Source of the DNA: Marsupella aquatica
Taxonomy: Eukaryota; Plantae; Marchantiophyta
Assembly (NCBI GenBank): GCA_973895155.1
Contig: OZ316891.1
Coordinates: 5,489,708-5,553,707, forward strand
Direction: 5' to 3'
DNA: 64,000 nucleotides
The position numbers were made by a program, and so were the translations under genes. Below the pieces are notes generated by a model. The model did no database searches, was not told the origin of the DNA, and saw nothing but the letters and a program-made list of their open reading frames with translations. Each line of letters starts with the position of its first letter. Position 1 is the stretch's first letter. Below, piece after piece: positions 25,179 to 39,000 of this stretch.

Positions 25179-27971
25179 CGTTTTAGTCGCTCTCCCTACG
25201 AGACGAAATGCAGCTCAACTGTGGATGTCGTGAAGCCCAGGGAGTACTCAGGGAGCAATCTTGTTTTCAAACAGCGATGCTGCAAAAGCCAAATTCAGGC
25301 AACGGCAGGACATTAGAAGGATTCAAACCAAGGAATTTGCACGTGCTAATTAACTCCGGGTGACAGGCTCCCTCACATCGTCTTGGAAAGGACATTGTCA
25401 AGAAATGATCCCTTTCCCTCAGAGCTTGATGTGTTATCAACCTAAGAAATATTGTACTTCATTTGAACCCAATCTAATAGATCAAACCTCGTGATCGACC
25501 TAATTTATGGTGAGGCACCCAATTTAACTACCATGAAGGTCACAATATAGTTGCTTGCTCAATTCTCCTCATAGCAGCCAGGTGCATATATTTACGTCAC
25601 TCACGAACAACAGAATGTGATTGCGGCAGTAATTTTGTAACAAAGTGTCCAGGCAAGACTACCACAGCAAAAGTGATTGAGAAATTCAGGTAAAGTGCCT
25701 CGTGGTATATATTGTGACAGCAGTCCAACTGGCGCAAGACACTCCACTTGATTTCAAGATGGACTGTCACACTGACCGGATTTTCTATCAACTGAATATT
25801 GTTATCACAACACAATCAAAAGCTCGAGACCAAGAGCAGCTAGGGAACGAAATGGGGATTCCTTTCAAATTCACATCTTTCATAAGGTATTTAATTGCTG
25901 GTCGAGAACAAATGATACCTCGCGCCCTGAAGGACAGAATCTTATTATAGGTATAAGTCCAGCTCAGTAAGCGAGCTTTCCGTATGAGCAACTCAAGCAG
26001 AGTATTTAACGCCTTCGGAAGAATGGAGTCTGACCATCAATTTACCACAGCTGCCGCTCTTCTGGATGAGCTTTATCGCCCGCTGTATCCAGGCTGTTAC
26101 CCAGAACAGAGGATTGCTTGGAAAGCTGAGAGTCCCAACTCGGATTGAAAGACACCAACTATGTAAGGCCAGACAATAATCCACCGACCAAACTCACCGA
26201 TCCGCATTAAGCATCCGATTCTATGACTTTAGATTCCACAGAAGCGACCGTTGTAAATCAAACCACGGCAGCGCCAACAAAGAGGCATGCACAATGAATC
26301 CGATTGAAACTATGAATTGTAAACTTAGCACCCAATTATATGTTCGAGACTGCTACTTCCCCTATCCTTGATCCTCGAATGCAATAGCTATTTACAAATT
26401 TATGGAGACAGTGCAAATAGTACCGATCCTCCGTCATCACAGAGTAGTGAGAACACTCCCCTGCTATCAATCGTCAGGTCATCGGGACAACCTCACAGAG
26501 GGGGAGATTATTTTTGCAAAGGGGTGGTGGGTCTCACCCCTCACTAAAATCTAACCATGCATGCATCTCGACCAGAACTGGGCCAGGTGCATCGCATATG
26601 TGGTCCCAGCTGCATCCGGAAAGTTCAGCATAGGGGCAACTCGCCTGAGTGCCCGAAACATGAAGGTGAGCTTCCTGTCAACTCTGCTCCCTTCGCTTTC
26701 CACCGAATTTCACGGGGCCAATCAAAACTCGTGTCACTCTCGTGCGGCTTGTCATAGTAAACTTTTGACAGGACACTCTTCTTCTGGCTGGCTCCTCGCT
26801 GATCCGTGTGGGGTAGGTTCATTCATTCTACCAAATCTATGTGCAGCAGATTGTGAACTTTGGTCATGTGCAGTGGATGAATCTACGGTCTTGAACTGCC
26901 CCGGAAAGTGGCGCATGCATCTGGTGCCTTCGATCTTGGCAATAGTTCGAGAGTCTTATCTCGTGGGATCGTTTCACCGTTTTGAGATGCCATGAGTCAA
27001 CAGTACTTTTTCCGGTCGTCAAAACTCATTTTTATTCATGTAGCACAAGGGAGAATAGAATATAGTAAACAGTACTTCTTGAGGACCTGAGCTGATTGAA
27101 TGAATTAGGGGAGATTGAATCCGTCTGATGAGTGCCTAAAAAGGTGTGAAGGAGAGTATATCTGAGGATCAGTCTGTCCCACGGGATGGGTCACGGAAGA
27201 CTGTGAACTCTGCCTTATTGGATTGGTACGAGTCTGTGAAATAAAACTCCTGGGCGAGCCGCCGAAGAAAAGATGTCACGGTGGTCTGACAATTCCGAGG
27301 TCGTGTAGGCAGGAGCTGGACTGGGAATTAGCCTTGGGGATGGTTTCAGGGACGACACTGAATCCACACGATTCTGTTCTGCAGCTTGGCTAACTCTGGA
27401 GGAATGGGGAAGGAAAGGAATCGTGGACCACAGTGAACTTCCAGATCGATTACGTCCGTGTGCGCAGAGGAGAAAGCAGTCACGAGGCCGCTTGCCTTAG
27501 GTACGGGAAGCTAACTGAGATCTGTTCCCGGAGAAAATGTGAGCGCAGAATATCCAACCCCTGGATCGAACTTGAAAAATATCTTTCGCCCGAATAGTTG
27601 AGATTCCTGTCCTTTATTTTACAAGCAGAGGAAGTTGGTCTAGTGGTCCAGGATACATTTCTAGCTTGCGAGAGATTTTATAGGAAACGACTTCAAACTC
27701 CTTCAACGTTTGGAACTGTGCTGCGAGGGGTAAGCAGGGTGGAGGGCACAAATTGTGGAAGAAATTCCCCTGTATCTGGTCCACACATTGAGTACTCTTT
27801 CTAACTGTTGGTTTTCGGGAATCTGAAATGTGCAGTTGGCTCCGACAGTAATCCCGGTTTCAAATATCCCGAGGGATTTGCAAATTTTGAGCATTACTCT
27901 GGGTGGGAAGATAGAGGTTCTTATCCCTTTCCTCACTTTGGACAGGGCCTGAACGAAGAGTTTCTTGTACT

Positions 27972-29834
27972 ATGGGGCTAGAAGATCCGATCGTAGAGTC
28001 TTTGGACAATCTAAATATCGGCTCTGCTTCAGATTTCGACGCAAAGGATCCTGCGTTTGTCGTCGAACCGGAGTTTCGACCTAAAACGAAGCACAACGAG
28101 TTTCTAGAGGCCCTAGACGATCAAATCCCTATTATAGATCTCTCAGCTATCGATGGAGAGAATCCAGAAGGTTTGAGACAAGTAGTAAAGGAGATAGGGG
28201 AAGCAGCTGCGAATTGGGGTTTCTTTCAGGTTGTGAATCATGGGGTACCCGTGAGCCTGATTGATACATTAGAGAAAGAAGCCATAGCATTTTTCTCACT
28301 GCCACTTGAGGAAAAAAACAAAAGTATCCGTAGTATAGAGAAACCTTTAGGGTACTATCATCAGGAGCTGACGAAGAATCATAGAGACTGGAAGGAGGTG
28401 TTTGATTACGTAACCAAAGAGTTTGTCTCCGTCTCAAGTTCTGATGGCACTGAAGTACACATGTTGAAGAGCCAGTGGCCAGAAAAACCTGCAGGCCTAC
28501 GGTACTTTTCCTTACTCGCAATGATTTTCATCTTTGGTCTGCTCTTGAGTAGCAATGTAAAGTGCACTGATGCCAAAGTCTGATTTGTACTCTTTACGTT
28601 TGCATGTAAATTTGCTGAACTTGATTGCAGAATGTTATGTGGACACGCTTAATAGTCATTGGATTGACTGATCTCCGCTTCTGTTCGATGCTTTGTGAGC
28701 TTTTACGAGACCTTGGTTACTCAGTGTGTCCTGCTTACATTTTCTTAGGAGTCTCTAGGACAAAACCTTGCCAACTCTACCCCTATTTGTTTATTGGAAA
28801 ATATTTCTTGCGATCCTTTTTGGAATGAAATTGAGGAAGTGGAAGAATTACGCCCGGTAAGTTCCATGGTATTTGAGTTATTCATCTTGGTGCTTGACAT
28901 ACTCCTTGGGTTCCTTTTCATTCATTGCAGAGATGCCTGTGAAAAATACGCAAAAGCAGTGGAGAAACTGGGTTTTGAGCTCTTGGGTCTTCTCTCACAG
29001 AGCCTTGGCTTACCAGCAGAGCACTTTCTCAAGCACTTTAGTAACCACACTGCGGCTATCCGCCTCAACTACTACCCACCTTGCCCGATCCCCAATCTAG
29101 CTCTAGGAGTTAACAGGCACAGGGACCCGGGAGCCCTAACTGTTCTTGTGCAAGATGACACGGGAGGTCTTCAAGTGAGACGCAGGGATGGAGAATGGAT
29201 CGGGGTGAAGCCCAGGAGGGATGCGTTTGTCATCAACGTGGGAGACATGTTTCAAGTAAGTTGCACTTGTTCCCCGTCTTCGTATACTGTGGACGTGCCT
29301 TTTAACAATGTACAAATTAACTGCAATGGATCAATTCGCTATACAAGAGGGTTTCCTCATCAATCTATTACAGGACGCTATAGTTTGAGATGAACTTGTA
29401 TAGATGATATCTTCTTCATCGAGCCCGTCTTGGGGATAAATGAGTTTTGTCTGTGGATTGCGTTTTTCATCATAATTGTAGAGTTGTCGTTCAAGTGTAC
29501 ATATTGCCGGTTCCAGAGAGATTGATTAAGGTGGCGGGGGACTCATGCTTTTGTACTCAACTTTTTGTGTCAGGTATGGACCAACGACAAGTTTCGTAGC
29601 ATCGAGCACCAAGCGGTAGTGAATGAAAGTAAGCCGCGTCTGTCATTTCCACTGTTCCTCAACCCCAATTACGACACAGATGTCGCTCCAGTGCCTGAGT
29701 TATTGGATGATAGTCATCCTCCCCGATATTCAAAATACAACTTTGGCTATTTCATAAAGAAAAGGACTGATGGGAACTATAAGCAAGATGGAAAAAATAT
29801 CCAGATAGATGACTTTGCCATCAACCGCGACTGA
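27972..29834 (+). CDS. 2-oxoglutarate/Fe(II)-dependent dioxygenase (DOXC class, At3g19000/At3g19010-like), copy B
   Basis: Exons 27972-28501, 28931-29255, 29574-29834, with the same intron positions as copy A. WGFFQVVNHG, GYYHQELTKNHRDWKEVFD, HRDPGALTVL, SIEHQA, RLS. Confidence 0.95.
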
Positions 29835-32682
29835 TACCCAGGCATTCAACTCCATTGTGCTCATATCATGTGACCGCTTATGCTGTGTAGAGTCTGAACA
29901 GGATACTCTGTTACTTGTCAAAATCTTGCCTTTGTACATGTCTCTGTAAGGAGTTACGGTCCTCTCTTAAAACATTCGTAGACAAAGGTGACTGTTAAAG
30001 GGTCGCAATGCAGGCTCTCATATCTGTAGATGAAATTGATTGTTAAGATTATGACGTTCAGACTGCAATGTCAATAGACACTCATGGTAGCAGCATCTGC
30101 TCAGGAAGGCTTTTCTGTGGTCTCTCTGTGGGCGATTTGTTCTACCTTTGTATAATATTACTGTTGAAGTTCAGCTTGATAAGTCAATTTTATCTCTCAA
30201 TTGTTCCTCTATTGTTTCTCCTTTCCACTGGCTACGAACATGGTCTCATTGCCCCTTCTGTTTCGATCCAAAAGAGACTCATTGTGCTTTTTGCAGTTTG
30301 TTTCCATGACATATGAAAGATTACATGGATATGATAGAAGAGAACTTGGATTATAGCATGCTCACCCTAGGACTTACTTCAGTCCTTGGTGTTGTACCAA
30401 TCAAAACAGGATTATTTTCTATCTTAATGAACTATTACTAAAAGAAATATTTTCAAGAAACCACTATATTTATTGTGGTCATGCGAATTGTCAACTGAGG
30501 GGGACAGTGGAAAATCAATAGCGCAATTAGTGAAGCTCATATTTTATTTCTCTATCAGGGGAGATGTGAACTCTGGAATAGTTGTTTGAACTGTTGTAGC
30601 TTCAAATCGCAGAATAACCTAAGGAAGTAACAGCTGTCCTCAGTGTTGAGAGCTTTCTGTTCGGACTGTGATTAGTTTTCGATCAAGACACGAGCACATT
30701 CACAAGCGACCTCTCCCCCAACAAAAATAGAAAGTAGGGCGAGACTCATTCTGTTCAATATTCCAAAGCTCAACCTATTACAAGGAGCTCAACGTTATGG
30801 ACCTTTCAGTTGGCAGATCAGTACTATTTCTCCCATAAGGACTAGTAACTTCTACATGAAGTTCTTAGACCCAACTGCGAGTTGGGTCCTCGGAAATGCG
30901 GCCATTAAGAGACAGCGAAATCTTAGGAAATAAAAGATAAGTCTGTTCTTATGAGGTGCAACGTGGCCAGTGGGCTTGGCAACTCGTCTGCGTTTTTGTC
31001 GGTTTCACAGCATGGGTTATACAGGGTACAGTTTGCAGGGTCTCGTTTTGGGGTTCCCTGGACCTCCAAATATCGACACTACCGAACGAGATGCTCTTCT
31101 GTTCTTCCAAGGCAAGAAAGTCGACGAACTGACAGTGCAGTGTTCAATCTTGAAAAAATATTTCAATCTACACAAGAAATCAGTCCATCACCTGCGCGGG
31201 ATTGCCAGTTTATGTGTGCAAGTTGTCGTCAGTACGAATTTTGCCTCCCTATGGATCATTAATCGATTCCCTACTGCTTTGCATGCGTCTGGAGAGGATA
31301 CTAGCAAGATCACCGCTGGAGTATAGACCACCTGAAAGGCTATAATAGTGAGGGAGTTGCGAAAGAGATCTCTCAACTCGGCGTTACCATCCTTTCACAT
31401 CGACGTCCACTCCATGCAAGTATGATCTGTGGTTCACTTAGGCAGGGCAGAGCTTACAGTATGGTTTGTTCCTTCGAGCAGTTGGATTTCTTTGTAATTG
31501 ATTCCTTGCAAGTCAATATCAGACAGCAGCCGTTGAGAATTCTTAATCTACAACTCATAATATCTCAGACAACCTGCCAAAATGTAGCACTTTCAAAATG
31601 TGTTACTTTCTTCAGCACAAACGAGCGACACATACAATTAAAATGTTTCCTACTTTGGCACTCGTCCTCTGTGAGGTGCAAGGTGTGAGGTCGGTAGCAC
31701 TAGCTCGTCCTCTCTTTCCTGCACATCCACGAATTGCACTCGCCCTCTCTTTCCTGCACATCCACGAATGCTGCCGATCATCAGTGTTGGGTCTAACCTC
31801 ACGCAGCGGTACTACTAAATTTCTTACAGCGCAGTTGGTGTCGCCATCGATCCTATTCTTGTCCAGAAACGCAGCAGGACTACTTCTCATATAGCACACT
31901 TCGCCTCCCCATGGATCCTTGTCATTAGTAATTCTCAATGCCTCTAATCTGCAGCTATCTGAACGTTTAAAGATTGTCATTCTCCTCTGGCATTATACAA
32001 CTTTCTTTCTTACTTGAAAATTTTAGTATTTCTTTCACCGAGTACCATCACAGTTTAGCAAGGAGCATTTCTTGCAACGAACAAAAGCTCCACAAGGGCT
32101 GGAAAAAGGATAGGTTAATTTGTGCATTTGCCACTGCCTTCCATTTGAGAAGCTCGTTTTCTGTGTCCTGCAAGTCCAGTACGGTTTGTTTTGGGTGGAG
32201 TCCAAACAATAGTCCCTTTAGCAGCAAAAATGCTTCAAACATGAAGCGCTAATTCTTACTTCAAGTACCATCCTGTAAATTAAGCTGCACTCCTTCAGCT
32301 AAACATCAATATCTTAACCCTAAATTCTAAACCTATAGACCCTCCTCCATATGCACCATCAATTACAAACATTTGCACTACCTGCAAATGTCATTCTATC
32401 TTCATGTGTGCGGGTCAAACCCTAGAACATGCGAACGGAGCAAACTAGAAGTTGGTCAAGCCAATGCCAGTCCCTCATGAACACACACACATTGTCAATA
32501 AGTAATAATGAAGTCTACGATTTATGTAGGTTTGGTGATTCATTTTCCCCCCTCATTCACATGTTTTTTTTTCTTATGCATTGTTCCTACAGAAAATTGC
32601 ACTTTCAGTTGTCTTTCCTCATTCACATGTTTATTTTCTGTGATGCACTATACAGGTTGTTTCATTTGCAACAATTTGAAAA

Positions 32683-34029
32683 ATGGTTCTTTCCAATGAG
32701 GAATGGGAAATCATTTGTTCAACAATTCTCATGTTCCAGCAAGTGGTCTTGCAGCAGATGCACTTGTCAGCTCTAGTTGCTACCTATTTCATAAAACACA
32801 GACGGGTGTCGGGTGGAGTGCACGGTACATTGTTTGCAAACGTGTTTCTACTATGTCAGATGATTCAGCTTGCCCACAGAGATCATCGCCTTCTGTCTCA
32901 AAATTATATTGAGCCAAGATCAAAAGAATGGAGTGGGTGGTACCTTATGCATGTCATCGAAGACGATCCAGTTCGCTTCAAGAATTTGTTTCGGGTGTCA
33001 CCTGCAACGTTCCAGTACATTTGTGACCTGGTTCGAAGAGACATGACTACACAACCCCCACCTGGCCTACGCAATTTGACCAACAAGACATTGTTGATTG
33101 AGCGACAAGGTGCCACAGCATTGCGTAGATTTGCCAGTGGGTGTTTGTTGTTAACACTCTCTAAGATATTTGGGGTTTCACTCCCATGTGTTTCTAATGT
33201 GATTTGGCGATTTGTGAAGGCATTAATTGTGAGCGCACGAGGGAGACATTTGATTTGGCCAGAAGGTGAGGCCATGGCACAGGTAAAAGAAGAGTTTCGC
33301 CAATTGCAAAGGTTTCCAAATTTCTGCAGTGCAATTGACGTCACTCATTTTCAAGTGAAGTTACTCCTGGGATGAGTTCCATTGATTATTGTGACTACAG
33401 GCATGGTCAGAGCAGTTCCATGCAAGCTGTTTGTGATAGCTGACTTTGATTTTTAGATGTGTTTGCAGGATGGCCTGGTAACATTCAAGACTCTCACCTT
33501 CTAAGAGTGTCGGGTTTTTATAATGATGTTGTGCAGTGCCACACAAAACTCTCGGCCCGGCATTTATGGCTCCAACTGGATTCACTACAGGGGAGTACAT
33601 TATTGGTGATGCTGGTTACCCTGTTTATCCTTGGTTGCTAACCCTTTTCCTGGGGCGAGAGAGCATACCCAGAAGAATGAATTCAACTACAAGCTTAGCT
33701 CAACCAGGATGTGCGTGGAGCGTGCTTTAGGTCAATTTAAGAATAGTTGGAGATTCATTTCTCGTAAAATGTTTCGACCACATCCTTATCGACTAGCTCA
33801 CTATATTACTAGTGTGTGTATTCTTCATAACATTCGTATTGACTGTGGAGATGTATATGACCCTGCATGAGGTTAGATCCAAACCCGCCCTATGAACCTG
33901 GAGGTCCTCCAACTACATGTCAGAATTATCATAATGGGCGTAGTTATCGTATTGCGATGATGGACCATTTGTTGCTTGAGCGAGAGTGGGAGCAGCAATG
34001 TTGTGCTGCTCACAGACATAGCACATAGT
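32683..34029 (+). pseudogene. PIF/Harbinger (HARBI1-like) DDE transposase, frameshifted
   Basis: FKNLFRVSPATFQYICDLV, ALRRFASG..LSKIFGVS, FPNFCSAIDVTHF, FAGWPGNIQDS, IIGDAGYP, FNYKLSSTRMCVERALGQFKNSWR, CILHN spread over several frames. Confidence 0.9.
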
Positions 34030-34110
34030 GATCATAACATCTTCTAGAGTATTTGGCATTATACAACGGGTTATACAAATAAAGTTCAAAATATATAATT
34101 ATATGTGTAA

Positions 34111-35708
34111 TGTTGTACATTAGTTAGAAATGATGGAAATTTTATAAATTTTAAACTTTTTCTAACTCAAGGTACAATCTAGTTACCTTTTGTAGCAATT
34201 TAGATCAACTGAACACTTTACCTAATGTTATGCTTCATCGGAGGCTATTCTATATTGGACAAGGATCGCGAATATAAATCCTTGCTCTTTACATGCTACC
34301 AAGAAAGAAGACTGGACATCATTGGAGAAGCAATGCAGACTAGAAGATTCAAGAACCGGCCTCATTGGCCTATTTAGTTAAATAGCTATCATGGTCAGAA
34401 AAGTCTCATACTTTTTCAGGAGGTAGTAGTTGCGTAGTAGAATTATCCCTGCAAGTTTCATCTCAAACCGACATGTGGTTTGAAAGTTAGAATTAATTTA
34501 GTTTTGCTGTTTTTTGCATAGCCGCGACTTCGCCGACGCTTTGTGAAGCGTCCCTTGTATTTTTGGACGCTTTGAAAAGCGTCCACCCAAGACCACGACG
34601 CTTTCTGAAACGTCCACCACCCAACCAGTTGTACTCCGATGCTCTGCAATCCACATGAGGAGCGACGCCCACAGAAGAGTCTGCTACCCCGAAGGTGACC
34701 TCGACACTGTGACGCCCACTGAAGCGTCCCGCCCGGAGCCCAGAAAATGGACGCTGCGACCAAAACCTCGAAATTCAGCCGACGCTTTCTGAAGCGTCCA
34801 TAAAAGTCCTTTGTAATTTTGGACGTTTTCTGAAGCGTCCACTATGTTCCCGACACTTAGAAAAATTTTCAGTTTTTGCAATTTTATAACACCGTGCCCC
34901 TTTTACCGATTTATTTGAGGCACTTAGAGATCTCAGAAAAGTCTGAAACTTTACCAGCATAGAGACTATATGTAGTAGAGTACCCTAGAAAAGTTTCAAC
35001 TCATTCCGACTCTTAGTTTAGAAGTCAAAATTAGATTAAAATCACTGTTTATTAGTTTTACCGCAAACACCGACGCTTTGCAAAGCGTCCGCTCAAACCT
35101 CGACGCTTTCTGAAGCGTCCCCTGCATTTTTGACACTTTCAGCAGTGTCCATTCACTTTTCAAGGATGACCGTCATTAAGTTTATTCAAGACCCTTTAGA
35201 TATGAAAGGGCATGTCCTTTCAGTATCTCAGTCTCCTTGGGTTCCTGCTAGCCTATATGAAGTAGAATTTGTGTCATTTTCAAGTGTGAAGAAATAAAGT
35301 AGTGCTTGTGGCATGTGCTGCAGCACTGGAATCACCTTTGCTTGCAAATACAAAGGAATTCTTCTCCCTTCCTTGGTCTGAATGATTGAGAGTTTAGATC
35401 ATTGAAGTAAAATTACTTGTATGAAGTTGAATCTCAGAAGTATGAGGGAATAGATTCCTTAAGTGGTGACAACCCATCTTCTTGAGTTCTTGATGCATAG
35501 TTTTTGGCGTGACATTGCTTGTGCATGGGATGCAAAGATTGTTACTCACCAATTACCTGTGACTTCAATTTGATCATGATGGTGTTTATTATTCGTGACT
35601 CAGAGTACCGACTGGATATCGAAGTGATTGATTACTAGTTTCTTCTGAGTACCTTTGGAAGGAAAAGTTGAGACGTGTTGACGGCATTTTAGTAATCATC
35701 CTAGTACA
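34111..35708. mobile_element. Possible solo LTR carrying GACGCTT-N4-AAGCGTC palindromes
   Basis: TG...CA ends with only a 4-bp flanking match (GTAA). Non-coding. Contains an LTR-type GAAACTTT...AAAGTTTCAACTCATTCC segment and nine short palindromes. Boundaries tentative. Confidence 0.35.
34535..35149. repeat. Nine copies of an 18-bp interrupted palindrome GACGCTT-N4-AAGCGTC
   Basis: Copies at 34535, 34566, 34597, 34711, 34781, 34822, 35072, 35102 and 35132 (some degenerate). Confidence 0.9.
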
Positions 35709-36180
35709 GTAATCCATTCCAAAAATGTTCTTACGGATATACCACCAAAATCACATCAAATGAAGTATTGATGAGAAGTTACCTTGGTGTTTTCCAGACT
35801 CCCTCATCATACCTCAAGATTTCATTGTGTTTTGTTATTTGTTTCCATTTTATTAATTGCATTTACAATGTTAAGCAAACATTCAAATCTATGCCTTGCT
35901 GAGCAATCATAGTAAAAGGCTCAAACCTGTGTTTTTTGTGACCTTAGTCATTCATAAGTGTTAAACGATAGAAAATCATTCATTTCTTGTTCTTCCATGG
36001 GATCGAATACCGAGTTTTGGGCATTAAATGCTGATTTATGTCCTTAATGCAATACTACAATATGTATATGTGTTTCAAAGTGTTAGCATGGTTTTCTTTT
36101 TTGGTTTCATGTAATTGTGCATTCAATGCACTTCATATCATAGAGTACTTGCTTTTGTACACAAACTAAGTAGGTGTACT

Positions 36181-36754
36181 CTACTCCGAAGGCCGCAAAG
36201 AACTTGCAACCTTCTCTTTGAAGACATCAGTCCAACGTGCCATCTGCTCGGCTGTCGTTTTTGCTGCAGTGGTAATTGTTGTGGCCAAAATAACTCCTTC
36301 CTGCTCTTGAATTTTACACTCATGCTCTCGGATCTCAAAATCACGCTGGGCCATTTCAGCACAAGTGTTGGCCATGCTTTTGAAAGTGTCTGTTTGCCGC
36401 TCCCAGACTTGGCTACCTTCCTGTGACAGGGCCCCAAACCCGGTAGTAACTTAGTGATAACTTATAATTGCATATATAAGTAGAAAGACAAGTAGGTGTA
36501 GCAAAAGTGTTTGGATTTTTAATTTTTTTTAGTTTTTGTTAGTTCTAATAAATTGATGCGACAACCGGAGGCCAGAGTTGAGAGGGATGTTGGGCGGAGA
36601 TGGATGACAATGGAGCCATTGAGGGGGTACAAGGAGGCCAAAAGGCAGCCCAAGGACTTGGAGGCCAAGGTGTGGGCATCTTGGAGGGGTGCGGGCTGGT
36701 CGGAGGCTCCACGTAAGGCGCAAAACGGGAAGAATGACCAAAATATAGAAACAT
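36181..36754 (-). pseudogene. Fragmentary spliced ORF (Pro-rich exon plus coiled-coil exon); possible C-terminus of the Harbinger-2 partner protein
   Basis: HSSRFAPY..PWPPSPW exon and MANTCAEMAQRDFEIREHECKIQEQE exon, convergent with the 32683-34029 transposase. No Myb domain visible. Confidence 0.35.
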
Positions 36755-36886
36755 TGAAACTTAAAACAGACGTTGTTGCGCTAGTACTATTCCAAACATG
36801 GTCATGTTTGGATTCATTTTGAAGCCCTCAATGAGCCCCATGCAAAATTGAGGTTCTCTAGTTGATTTTAGGTCTATATCAAACAG

Positions 36887-38406
36887 TGACATCTCAAGGG
36901 AACTCAACGCCTGTAAAACGGTAAACTAGACAATCTTGGAGTAGGGATGGTGGGAGGGCCCTTAGAAGGAAGGGACTCCCACAATTTCCCTTCCTCAATC
37001 CGTAGTTTCCCACAATTTTCCTTCCCCATTCCATAGGAGGGCACTCCGTAGAAGAACACATTCGTAGAAAGGGCCCCCACACTTTCTTCCTCCCCTTTTT
37101 CTCTATTCTCACTTATGAGGTTCCCACCCATTCCTAAACCCTAAACCCTATTGTGCTTGCTTTCAACATGTGTATGGACCTTGGTTGTACGAACATCAGT
37201 TTTTTGGCCATCTCAAAATCAGGAGTCTACGGGCTTTTTGGAAAGAGCTCGCCGAGCTGAATCCAACAATGTGTCACACGACCAAAATGGAGCTAAGACG
37301 AGGGAGATCCAACAGATCACGTTTTTCGAGAATACGGGGGTTTTGAGGCCGTACGCACGTCCGTACTACAGGAGGTCCCGACTTTGCAAGGGAAAGAGGA
37401 GGTAACAGCACATACGGGGAACCATGATCCGTGTTTTGCAAAGTCGGGGCCCCCTGGTGTTGTATGGACGAAATAGAGGGAGACGGTGCCCCGTAAAACC
37501 TTAAATGATCATATCTCGGCCGTTTGACCTCCGTTTTGTGCACCGTTTACGGAGCCGTGATCAGGAAGAGGAGGGGCTCCTCAGATATGTTTTCAGAAGT
37601 GGATTCTGAGAAAATTTTACTTTCGACAATTGTAGGGGACCTCTCCTTTTATGGCGGACCGGTGGTGGCGATCAAGAGGATTGAGACTCGTAGGTAGGGT
37701 AATAATATAGGATAGGAAATGGTGGACTCAAGTGAGTCCTTGTTTAGCGGAGTGGTATTCACTCCAGATGAGAGTGATGGGGAGGCCAACTCATGGGGCT
37801 CAAGCCATGGTACCGTGAGTCATGAGGAAGACTAGGGTGGTCGTACGGACTTGGTCGTACGACCTTTTGATTTTGAAACTTTTTGAAAGTGAGCACTCAA
37901 GGGCTTGTTGGAAAGAGCTCGCGGAGCTGATTCCAACAAGAGGCGGCGCTCCTCAAACGGAGCCAGGATGAGAAAGTTAGAGCCCCGCGAAGTTGATCGG
38001 TACGGGATACTAAAATGACCATAACTTGGTCGTCCGATGTCCGTTTTGGGAGCGGTTTGAGAATTCATGATCAAGAGGAGCAAGGCTACCCAGGGATGTG
38101 CTCAGAGGTGCAATCAGAGTGACACCAAGTTTTGGCAATTGTGGGGTCCCTTGTATTTTTGCGGTTTACGGAGTGATTTTGTAGGGCACCGTCAAAGGCA
38201 CCATCGGCCCCTTGGTTAGGTAGAGTTTAGGGGTATGTGTATGCCGCATAGCGCTAGGTTTTAGTTGACATTTATCTGTTGGTGATAGGATTTTAGGCGG
38301 CACCGCTAGGAGAAAGTGGTGGCATCCAAGTGCCATTGGGTGTTTGGGTGTGTGGGGTTAAGTGGTATTTAGGGGGAGAGCCCCGGAGTAGTGTGGGGGG
38401 AATTCA
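36887..38406. mobile_element. LTR-like or TE-terminal non-coding segment with internal duplication
   Basis: Two copies of GGAAAGAGCTCGC.GAGCTGA.TCCAAC (~37240, ~37910) and of AAATGA.CATA.CT.GG.CGT..TCCGTTTTG (~37503, ~38012). TG..CA ends but no TSD found. Confidence 0.4.
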
Positions 38407-38463
38407 CTTTTAAGTTAGAAGGGAAGGATAGCGGATAGCATTAAACATAGTGACGGACCAAAC

Positions 38464-38844
38464 GAGAAGTGTGACCACGGCGTATCCTGTTTGGGATTCA
38501 ATCTTAAAAAATCCAGTTTTGGCATGACAAAACATAAGAAAATGAGGTTGGATGCGAAGTGGGGTATCCCACTTTGCATTCATCGTCTGAATCCAAACCT
38601 CTCGGTTGGAAAAGGCAGGAAATTCAAGGTTGAATATGAAGTGGGATACCGCATATCTCACTTCGGATTCATTAGTGAATCCCATTAATTTCATAATCGA
38701 AATATAGAAACTTCAGTGTTGAATGCGAAGTGGGATACCCGGTATCCCATTTGGTATTCAACCTATGAATATCAATAAGGTTCGGTCTGAAAGGCAAAGG
38801 TTGAATGCAAAGTGGGATACCGCGTATCCCATTGGGTATTGAGT
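38464..38844. repeat. Palindrome array A: 5 copies of ~45-bp hairpin (GTTGAATGCGAAGTGGGATAC-N3-GTATCCCAYTTNGYATTCAAC)
   Basis: Copies at 38464 (degenerate), 38547 (central deletion), 38629, 38718 and 38800. Followed by splice acceptor TTTTTTGCAG at 38901. Confidence 0.9.
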
Positions 38845-39000
38845 TGCAATAGTTTCTCTGCAATGACAAAAGATATCTTATTGATTGGGAGTTTTTTGCA
38901 GGCTAGGTTCAGAGCAGCACCAACAGAATCCCGTCACTTTTGAGTGACAGACTTATAAAGCTTTAGCTTTCTTGGAGACCTACATTTTCCAGTGAGTTCA

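Noticed and set aside
30951-32252. Overlapping ORFs upstream of the Harbinger-2 transposase
   Set aside because: No consistent frame or domain on either strand.
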